A stretch of DNA of 64,000 bases from a virus, in IMG/VR virus record IMGVR_UViG_3300042453_003033, positions 4,469 through 68,468 of that record. One strand, given 5' to 3'. Of this stretch, positions 56,508 through 64,000 are shown one piece after another. Numbering within the stretch: the stretch's first letter is position 1; every line of letters begins with the position of its first letter. Made by a program: the position numbers and the translations under genes. The notes under the pieces are model-generated. The model had not been told where the DNA came from. It saw only the letters and a list, made by a program, of their open reading frames with translations, and ran no database searches.

Positions 56508-57002
56508 ATGAGATACGCAATAACGGGTCATACAAGTGGGATTGGAAAATTCATTTATGAACAACTAAATCTAAATATTGTTGGATTTAGCAAATCATCT
56601 GGGTATGATATTACACAATTTTCAGATAGAAAAAGAATTATAAATGAAGTAAAGGACTGTGATATTTTTATCAACAATGCTCACGACGGATTTGCTCAGA
56701 CATATTTATTAATTGAATTATTCAAAGAATGGCACAATAAAAACAAAACTATAATCAACGTTGGTAGTCGTATCACAGAGATAGGTACATTAGAAGAAAA
56801 TAATTTTCACTTGCTAAATTATCAAGCAGAGAAATTGGCGCTTAAAGTTGCGTCACAAACTTTAAATAGTTCTTACTGTAAGGTAAAATATAAATGGTTC
56901 GGATATGTTGGTACTGAAAAAATAATAAAAAAATATCCACACTTTAGCTCTTCGGACTACATAACAATTCCACAAGCTGCTTCCATTATACTAGAACGAT
57001 AA
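56508..57002 (+). CDS. short-chain dehydrogenase-like Rossmann protein
   Basis: ITGHTSGIG, INNA, INVGS and YxxxK motifs. Confidence 0.75.
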   Translation: MRYAITGHTSGIGKFIYEQLNLNIVGFSKSSGYDITQFSDRKRIINEVKDCDIFINNAHDGFAQTYLLIELFKEWHNKNKTIINVGSRITEIGTLEENNFHLLNYQAEKLALKVASQTLNSSYCKVKYKWFGYVGTEKIIKKYPHFSSSDYITIPQAASIILER

Positions 57003-57053
57003 ATGCGAGAAAATGACTTATACTATGTGAATCATCGTAAACCCATAAATTAT

Positions 57054-58115
57054 TCATGTCGCTTTAATCCTTATGTAATCCTTATAGTATTCTTTATAGT
57101 CTTGCTCTGATTTAATTTTTACGCCCGTTGTTAAGTTTTTGATAATTTCTGAATTAGCTTCTAACATTGGAGCTTTAGTAATCATCACATCAGTAACACA
57201 AAAACATTTTCTCTGAACGCAGATTTCACCCGCTGTTGGCAATTCATTTTTTTCATGATCGTCTATGTGAAACAGATGCCCTCCCTGGCCGCAATTACCC
57301 TTTTTAACATAACCGTCAAAACCTATATACAAACTTTCTAGTCCTATATTACACGCCCAACCTCTAAAATCATTTTGACCACTAGTAATTAAATAATTAC
57401 CATTGGCGTTTTTATCTACTGAACCATCACTATAATGAAAACTAGAACCTATTTTTTCTTGCCTAAAAAGTGGCGCCTTTGTACTGTCTATTGCTATTTT
57501 TCGGTTGACGCCCATTTGATTTTTAAACAACCACTCAATATTTTCTGGAGTATAATCATCGCCTATATGTCTATTCGCTATTTCTGGTAGTATTCTAACT
57601 GGCTCTGTTCGTATTTCTGAAATTTTAGAACACTCTTCATAAAAATGTAATGATTTATCCCAGTATCTACTATCCATCATAACCCTGATTACCACGTGAG
57701 TATGTTTAGCGGATTCTAATGCCTTCTCGATTAGTTGAGGATCATGACTACCCGGGTGATAACTAAAACAAATATAACTTAGTTTAGGTGCCACTGACTT
57801 CCAGTAATCTATAGTTCTGACACCGTTAGTAGTAATACCTACAGTATGACCACTGTCATACAGCATATTAACTATTTCAGGAAAAAATGGACTTACGGTA
57901 GGTTCTCCACCACTAATACTACAGTGTATTTTTTCATAGTGCCCACTTAATCGTTGAATGAAATCTTTCGCACGTTCGATATTATAATTATGATTAGTTC
58001 CGTTATGTAGTATAGGCGGACAATAATCACAATGATTTGTGCAAATATTATTGATAACCCACGTTAGTCGTAGAATGTTATCATGTTGTCTGATCCTTAT
58101 TACACGTTTATTCAT
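57054..58115 (-). CDS. radical SAM protein
   Basis: CTNHCDYC, SGGEPT, TTNG; C-terminal Cys cluster. Confidence 0.9.
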   Translation of the reverse strand: MNKRVIRIRQHDNILRLTWVINNICTNHCDYCPPILHNGTNHNYNIERAKDFIQRLSGHYEKIHCSISGGEPTVSPFFPEIVNMLYDSGHTVGITTNGVRTIDYWKSVAPKLSYICFSYHPGSHDPQLIEKALESAKHTHVVIRVMMDSRYWDKSLHFYEECSKISEIRTEPVRILPEIANRHIGDDYTPENIEWLFKNQMGVNRKIAIDSTKAPLFRQEKIGSSFHYSDGSVDKNANGNYLITSGQNDFRGWACNIGLESLYIGFDGYVKKGNCGQGGHLFHIDDHEKNELPTAGEICVQRKCFCVTDVMITKAPMLEANSEIIKNLTTGVKIKSEQDYKEYYKDYIRIKAT

Positions 58116-59377
58116 GTGTGTTTCTTTAATAGTTCATAATATTCTGAATATAGTTTACTGAATTTATATGATCTGATACTATCTAACCCATCAATATAAT
58201 CAAGTAAGGCACTATATTTATTGCTATCATCGTCAGCTAACATATATTCAAGTTGACTGGATATCCTAGTTCGCCACTTTTCATTAGATTGTAATTCTGG
58301 GAAAGAATTCCATCGCTCAACTATTGCCTGTTTTACCGGTGTCGGTAATACTCTAGTAGACATATACTGCGGCCAATGTGTTGTTCCAACAGAAAAAAGA
58401 TCACCATTATTTCTACAGATTTTTTTCCAATTACGATTTAATATCTCACTAGCGAATTCAGGCAAAGTATAAATATTCATAGCATGAACGGTTGTTAAGA
58501 TGTTGACTACAATAGTAGACGATGTTTCGTCAAGCCTGTCTAGATTTTTAACAATATCATTCCAGTCAGAAGGATATCTGATATAGTCATTTCGCTGACC
58601 CCAATCGTCTATACTCAGTAATAACTCCACTTGTTTGAATTGACTCCATAATTCAATAAACTTCTCACTCAACACAGTAGCATTAGTATGATATCTCAAT
58701 TCAATATTTTTTGAGTGACCTGTTTCTACAAGTTTAGTAATAAATCGTTCGTGATTTTTAATCAACAAAGGTTCACCACCACCAAAGATGATGTGCCTTA
58801 TATCACCCATAAACTCGTCAAGAGCCTGTTGTGTTTCTAAACGTTCGAACCAATCAAAACAATCAGTGTTAGTTATACTGATTGATTTGAATTTCCAATC
58901 ATTTTTTGCCTCTGGCGAGGTAAGAATGTCTGCTAAGCGTCGGCTATCTGATAGCCACTTACTACTATCTCTGGGTCTACACATTACACATTGTAGATTA
59001 CACGTATTACCTATTCTCAGATCAAGAGTAATAGGATTATAATTTACACTACCGTCAGGATTTGTGCTAGCTATTAAATTTTCTAGATAGTCAGTACCTA
59101 ACTTTTTTTGCCACATGAAATTTTCAATCATTCTGTGACTTTTCATGCCAGCGTCTTCTTCTTTCCAACAACTTCTACATTGAGGTAGTTTTTGTCCAGC
59201 AAGAAATTCAAGTCTAGCTTTTTTAAATGGCTCACTATTCCATACTTTTTCTGGTGTTAAACTGTTTAAATTAATGCCTTGTTCTGGCATAGCTATACAA
59301 CACAACGGAACTTTACCGTCATTCCAACTAGCAAGATGTATCCATGGCAAAATACAAAAATTTTGTTTTTCAATCAT
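58112..59377 (-). CDS. radical SAM protein with N-terminal SPASM/twitch-like Cys cluster
   Basis: CILPW...CC...C..C; CNLQCVMC; GGEP. Confidence 0.9.
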   Translation of the reverse strand: MIEKQNFCILPWIHLASWNDGKVPLCCIAMPEQGINLNSLTPEKVWNSEPFKKARLEFLAGQKLPQCRSCWKEEDAGMKSHRMIENFMWQKKLGTDYLENLIASTNPDGSVNYNPITLDLRIGNTCNLQCVMCRPRDSSKWLSDSRRLADILTSPEAKNDWKFKSISITNTDCFDWFERLETQQALDEFMGDIRHIIFGGGEPLLIKNHERFITKLVETGHSKNIELRYHTNATVLSEKFIELWSQFKQVELLLSIDDWGQRNDYIRYPSDWNDIVKNLDRLDETSSTIVVNILTTVHAMNIYTLPEFASEILNRNWKKICRNNGDLFSVGTTHWPQYMSTRVLPTPVKQAIVERWNSFPELQSNEKWRTRISSQLEYMLADDDSNKYSALLDYIDGLDSIRSYKFSKLYSEYYELLKKHT

Positions 59378-60660
59378 TTTAGTAAATTTCCCAATCTGCT
59401 ATCAATATCTCGTAAATTTTGTTTTCTCTCCTGATCAAGTGCAGTAGTGTATATAATAAATCTAGACATTTGTTCTTCGCTATCTATAGCTTGTGGGCCA
59501 TTTAAGTGTCCGATTAATCCTCTTAGTGAATTGTTAGTCATGGAACTATGTTTTCCCATTTCAGTAGTTTTAAAATTAATCAATTCATCAACTGCCTGCT
59601 GTCGTATTTGTGGAGGCACTATATTAGTGTTCAGATGATTTGGATGATGATTGATTAGAAAATCAATAAAAACATCTTTACTATATTTTTGCCTCAAACT
59701 CTCTACCCATCGAATAATGTCCACTATGTTAAACATGTTGTAAATTTGAATGGTAGGGGTAATACCTAAGTGAACATTAGGCATACTAGCTAGTTTTTCT
59801 ATGTTACTGCTGATTAATTTCCAATCACTTGGCGCACGAATATAATCATTAACTATGCCCACACCGTCCATGCTAGCGTTGATGTTTACTATATTGAACT
59901 GACTGATTAAATCTAAAAACTTCTTATTGACATTTGTACAATTAGTATTGAAGAACAATACGATATCAGTTCTGTTCTGTTTAATACATTCTTCCATGAA
60001 CTTAAAGTTATTTTTTATTAAGGTAGGCTCACCACCAGTCATGTAAACTTTTTTTAACTTAGGTATCAATGATATAACTTGATCCCATAAGATATCATGA
60101 TCGAACCATTGTTGCTCATCCATAATAGTTATAGGAAATTTACCAAATACTTTTTCCCATGTATTTCGATACTCCGGATTTTTTTCTGATAACTCAATAT
60201 GCTCTTTTACTATTTGACTGCTGTTCCACGGATTACACATCCTACATTTTAAATTACATAGATTGCCTAATCGTAAATCAAGATATACAGGTTCAGTATC
60301 TACGTACCCATTATTTTCTACGGCGTATTGAATAATAGCTTCTAAATTTTCTTTGCCCAAGCGCCAGCTCCACTCTGATAAACTGTGTTGTCTATTACTA
60401 ATTCTACCGTTTGCTTCTTGCGAATAACAAACTTCACACCCATTTATCGGTACACCATTTATCATGTCCATTCGTAGATTTCGCATGTAGGCACTATTCC
60501 AACTATCTTTGACAAAGTTGTCGCGGCATGTGTAAGTAGTACCATCATCTTTAGTTACTCTATTATGCTTTCCTTTGACCATACAGCAGTATCTCACCGT
60601 GGTGTCTGTATTGATCATGGTACTCACAAAAGGTACTGCGCATAGTGTTTTATTTTTCAT
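59374..60660 (-). CDS. radical SAM protein with N-terminal SPASM/twitch-like Cys cluster
   Basis: CAVPF...CC...C..C; CNLKCRMC; GGEPT. Confidence 0.9.
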   Translation of the reverse strand: MKNKTLCAVPFVSTMINTDTTVRYCCMVKGKHNRVTKDDGTTYTCRDNFVKDSWNSAYMRNLRMDMINGVPINGCEVCYSQEANGRISNRQHSLSEWSWRLGKENLEAIIQYAVENNGYVDTEPVYLDLRLGNLCNLKCRMCNPWNSSQIVKEHIELSEKNPEYRNTWEKVFGKFPITIMDEQQWFDHDILWDQVISLIPKLKKVYMTGGEPTLIKNNFKFMEECIKQNRTDIVLFFNTNCTNVNKKFLDLISQFNIVNINASMDGVGIVNDYIRAPSDWKLISSNIEKLASMPNVHLGITPTIQIYNMFNIVDIIRWVESLRQKYSKDVFIDFLINHHPNHLNTNIVPPQIRQQAVDELINFKTTEMGKHSSMTNNSLRGLIGHLNGPQAIDSEEQMSRFIIYTTALDQERKQNLRDIDSRLGNLLK

Positions 60661-61376
60661 TTGTTTAATATAAATTTAATGTATTCTGAAAATTGAATTT
60701 TATTTTTGTTCATTTTCTGTTCTCTAAAAAAATCAACGATACGTTCTATTCTAGATTGATACTGACTAACAAGATTCTTAAGTTCTGACTCGTTTTGTAT
60801 AAAATAATTATTGCTAGGTATCATTTTAGAGGGATTATGTTTAATATAAGGCAATAAATCATCTTCGTAATTAACAACATAATCTATGTTACTGCTATCA
60901 TATTTTTTGATATAGTTTTCGTGAATAGTTAAGTCTTGATTTATAAAATCTAAAAATTTTACTGGATCTATTCTTTCATGATATAGAGGTTGAATTTCGT
61001 TAATATCAATAGAACCCCAATGTAATCTATGTTCGGCTACATATCTACTTAATATCATTTTGTAAAAATTAGACCTATATAATAGAATTTTTGTATCAAA
61101 TAAATCTAATACTTTTTGATTAGGTAGTTCAAAAAACATCATATTTAATTTTAATGTCACGTTACTTAATTGAGTCACTAAATTTTCTAGATATTTGTTA
61201 GATGTATCTAATATACTAACTTCGTGAGGTAGCCCTGGTAAGTTTTTAGTGATATATATACCAGTTAATGAATACCACTCATTGAATTCGTAGTATCCTC
61301 TATCGGTGAATATACTAACTAATAAATTACTACCTGTTCTCCAGTTAGCAGTTATTAAAATTCTACTCATTATCAA
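60657..61376 (-). CDS. sulfotransferase-like (Stf0-type P-loop) protein
   Basis: WRTGSNLL, E, LYR....ILS and YED motifs. Confidence 0.6.
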   Translation of the reverse strand: MIMSRILITANWRTGSNLLVSIFTDRGYYEFNEWYSLTGIYITKNLPGLPHEVSILDTSNKYLENLVTQLSNVTLKLNMMFFELPNQKVLDLFDTKILLYRSNFYKMILSRYVAEHRLHWGSIDINEIQPLYHERIDPVKFLDFINQDLTIHENYIKKYDSSNIDYVVNYEDDLLPYIKHNPSKMIPSNNYFIQNESELKNLVSQYQSRIERIVDFFREQKMNKNKIQFSEYIKFILNK

Positions 61377-62296
61377 CTCTCTTGATTTTTTATTACGTCT
61401 ATCTCTTTAGTCATAATGTCTCTGTTACGCCAACCTCTGCTTATATACTGTTTGAAGAATTTACTAGCATCACTGTTTAACTCTACAATTTCCGTTCCTA
61501 GAGTTCTATTTAGTTCCTGTGCCATAGTTTGAGATGCTATCTCATCATCATTCTTATGTAAGTCCCACAGTTTATCTAAACTATTAAAGTCTTGAACTTT
61601 ACTGTAGTCCCATTTTTTTAACATCAAGTAATATGTTCCTAATCTAGCACCTAAGATAGCCCAAAATCCATTTTCAACGTCACGGCCAATAGTTTGCCAT
61701 ATTAGTAAATTATGTAAATTCCGTGGCCATACCCAACCTTTAAAGTCTTGTATATTATTGGGTGGCATACCGCTACGAGTACACAGTTTAACACCTTCAC
61801 GAAATCCTGCGCGCCAAGCTTGTTTAGGACTGTAGTTAGGATAAGTAACACTATAACAGTCATGCATAGCCCAGTAATTTTTATCAAAACAAAATTCGAT
61901 TAGCGTTTCATCATTGCCATCGGAATTTTCATGAGTACGCATGTTCAATACATGCGTTTTAGTCCAGCAACTTATACCACCATTGCCATAATATAATCCA
62001 TTGATGTTATTTCTTGCACGCCATCTAAACTGAATATTTTTATTAGTGTCATCAAGCACTAATGTTTTTGTAAAAAAATCAGGGTCTGGTAAATTATCTC
62101 CATCAATGATTACAAAACGTTCAGTTTCACTAGCATTAGCTGCTGCCTTATGTGCAGCATCACTACCTTTTACCCCATCCACTCGTTTTGCCCAAGGCAC
62201 CATTTCTCTAATTTGAATCCAGAATTTTTCTTTTTGTGGTTCATCATAGCTTAGATATATAACATCTAACTCCGATATGGGAATATTAATAGACAT
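61373..62296 (-). CDS. glycosyltransferase-like protein
   Basis: YLSYDEP, IDGDN (DxD), YGNGG and WRAGFREGVKL motifs. Confidence 0.65.
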   Translation of the reverse strand: MSINIPISELDVIYLSYDEPQKEKFWIQIREMVPWAKRVDGVKGSDAAHKAAANASETERFVIIDGDNLPDPDFFTKTLVLDDTNKNIQFRWRARNNINGLYYGNGGISCWTKTHVLNMRTHENSDGNDETLIEFCFDKNYWAMHDCYSVTYPNYSPKQAWRAGFREGVKLCTRSGMPPNNIQDFKGWVWPRNLHNLLIWQTIGRDVENGFWAILGARLGTYYLMLKKWDYSKVQDFNSLDKLWDLHKNDDEIASQTMAQELNRTLGTEIVELNSDASKFFKQYISRGWRNRDIMTKEIDVIKNQES

Positions 62297-62600
62297 AATT
62301 GTAATATTCTACATCTAAATATTGATCATCGTCTTCTAAGACTAAATTAGATTGACCAACTACTACTTTTATACCCGTATCACTCTTAACTATTAAACTA
62401 GTATAATCCTGTTCTTTAATTGATGATAGCAATACTAATTTGCCATTCTTTATAAAATATCTGAAATAATTTTCATATTCGTCACGACTAACTACTATGT
62501 AATTATCACCCGGTGGATGTTGCACCATGGCACATGCCGTAATATTTCCATCTTCATCGTAATAAATTCTGTACTCAATAAAAATATCTACGTCTTGCAT
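62286..62600 (-). CDS. hypothetical protein
   Basis: ORF in operon. Confidence 0.6.
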   Translation of the reverse strand: MQDVDIFIEYRIYYDEDGNITACAMVQHPPGDNYIVVSRDEYENYFRYFIKNGKLVLLSSIKEQDYTSLIVKSDTGIKVVVGQSNLVLEDDDQYLDVEYYNYVY

Positions 62601-63412
62601 ATTTTTTGTCTGTAATGTTCTGGTTGAATTAAGTTTTTAACTTGATAATGTATTGGATCGTATATATTTGTGTTGGCTAGTCTTATCTGATCATCAAGTT
62701 CTAATATCACAACATCTTCCCAAAGATCAAATACCCAATCGTTTATACGTTGTTTCATGTGTATGAATTGAAAAAAATCTAAACTAGGAATAGTACATTT
62801 TTCAACTCCAAGAATCTTTGCTGTTATTGCATAAATTACATCAGTAGACGCCCTTGTTTTAATTCCATACTTGAATTCTTTCGCATATGTATCCCAATTC
62901 AAAAATAAATCTTGTGCTAGCTTAAAAAATAATTCAGAAAAGTCAGATTTTTTATAATACATCATACCAGTATAAACATCTGGTAATTGATTTTCATCAA
63001 ATATCTTACGATAAAATCTATTAGTTGCTTGTTTACCTAAAAAGTTTTTACATCCAACACTCATTACTATGTCTTTAGAGTCCAGTATATTGAACCAATG
63101 CTCTATGTTTTTGTTAATAAGTAAGTCACTTTCTAGCTTTAGAGTACGTTCAAATGGTGACAAAAAGTAGGCTTGAGGTTCATTTGAAAGCTTCCAATTA
63201 ATATTCGACGCATGATCTACATCAAGAGTAACAACGGTATCAAAAGTTTTTTTCATATCATCTGTTAACTGTGTAGCGGTGTAATTATCTACAATAACAC
63301 AATATGGTATATTCTGCATGTGTTTTTTAAACATTAAACATTGTAAATATGCCATGCTTAGATAATCATGTTCTGAGTTTTGTGCAATAGTTAATATACC
63401 TAGATCATTCAT
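62588..63412 (-). CDS. GT8-like glycosyltransferase
   Basis: SPFERTLKLESD, YTGMMYY, STDV and HMK motifs. Confidence 0.6.
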   Translation of the reverse strand: MNDLGILTIAQNSEHDYLSMAYLQCLMFKKHMQNIPYCVIVDNYTATQLTDDMKKTFDTVVTLDVDHASNINWKLSNEPQAYFLSPFERTLKLESDLLINKNIEHWFNILDSKDIVMSVGCKNFLGKQATNRFYRKIFDENQLPDVYTGMMYYKKSDFSELFFKLAQDLFLNWDTYAKEFKYGIKTRASTDVIYAITAKILGVEKCTIPSLDFFQFIHMKQRINDWVFDLWEDVVILELDDQIRLANTNIYDPIHYQVKNLIQPEHYRQKICKT

Positions 63413-63998
63413 TTTCGATATAGTTGTTAATTAGTGTTTGAAATTCGGTTTTATTTAAATAATCTTTATCCATTATATGTAAATTAGATTTTGGCAATAC
63501 ATAAGACTTATCTGCTGTTCTTACTATAAGTGTGTTACTTTTTATTTCCATACTTTCAATAGGCGCATCAAACGCAACTAAAACATTTGATGGTAAAGTC
63601 TTCTCTAAATCGACGGTATAGCCACTTAATATATTATGAGCAATCGTAAATGCGTGATCATTTCTATACGAAGGTTGTTTAATTAAATACAAATTTTTAT
63701 AGTAAACATAATTTGATTGTATACGTCTAACTAAATCAAAATACAATTGAGATGTTTTTGTTTTTTTAAACATCAAAATGGTTGCCCATAATTGCGGTAA
63801 TCCGTAATTTCCCATTTTGTTTTTATAATTGTTTACTAAAAAAGTTTGATCACTAGCAATTAAATAATCGACACAAATATCAAAATATTTATTTAATTGA
63901 TTGTCAAACACCAGATAGTCAGTGTCTAAAACTAGAGTTGTTTCATAAGGACTAAGTTCATAAACTTTATATCTATCAAAGTTTCTCCATGATTCTCT
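63405..63998 (-). CDS. GT8-like glycosyltransferase (5' partial)
   Basis: Frame runs to the window edge; SPYETTLVLDTDY (DxD), WAT and RND motifs. Confidence 0.6.
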   Translation of the reverse strand, partial: RESWRNFDRYKVYELSPYETTLVLDTDYLVFDNQLNKYFDICVDYLIASDQTFLVNNYKNKMGNYGLPQLWATILMFKKTKTSQLYFDLVRRIQSNYVYYKNLYLIKQPSYRNDHAFTIAHNILSGYTVDLEKTLPSNVLVAFDAPIESMEIKSNTLIVRTADKSYVLPKSNLHIMDKDYLNKTEFQTLINNYIENE

Positions 63999-64000
63999 GG

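Noticed and set aside
513-61887. Many antisense and alternate-frame ORFs in the track (e.g. 513-830, 7106-7468, 9673-10140, 32823-33332, 34709-34930, 48812-49078)
   Set aside because: They overlap well-supported genes, lack RBS or motifs, and look like shadow ORFs
1-64000. tRNA, rRNA, integrase or transposase genes
   Set aside because: None recognised by eye; intergenic gaps are short and lack cloverleaf signatures (tRNAscan not run)

Overview
AT-rich 64 kb segment of a large (jumbo-type) tailed dsDNA phage, probably a myovirus with a Gram-negative host, since it encodes an endolysin, spanin pair and holin. The genetic code is standard and I saw no tRNA, rRNA, cas, integrase or reverse transcriptase genes. 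In order, the window holds: early sigma70-driven hypothetical genes; IF-1 and SOD; baseplate/tail-like genes; MazG, a DnaE-like fragment, GroES, a clamp loader and PhoH; a lysis cassette; DnaJ and ClpA; a ~12 kb block of large mosaic proteins (24.7-36.9 kb); Dps, PolB, a sliding clamp, a TET-associated-type glycosyltransferase and a 5'-3' exonuclease; MoxR/VWA; DHFR, ThyA and dCMP deaminase; and a radical-SAM/glycosyltransferase cluster. The most striking signal is inside the 1334-aa ORF. Thirteen copies of an 18-bp repeat (CAAGGTGTGGCGGAAGGC = QGVAEG), conserved even at synonymous positions, separate unrelated in-frame peptide cassettes at 144-387 bp spacing, and one cassette resembles ribosome modulation factor. 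I interpret this as a recombination-built cassette polyprotein whose junction may double as a prohead-protease cleavage site; this is inference. Other signals are poly-A frameshift sites, a TAAATA-N5-ATG leaderless late-promoter geometry, a candidate structured RNA, an intein-like insertion in PolB and a degenerate QueD-like gene. All product calls come from motif recognition by eye, with no database searches.
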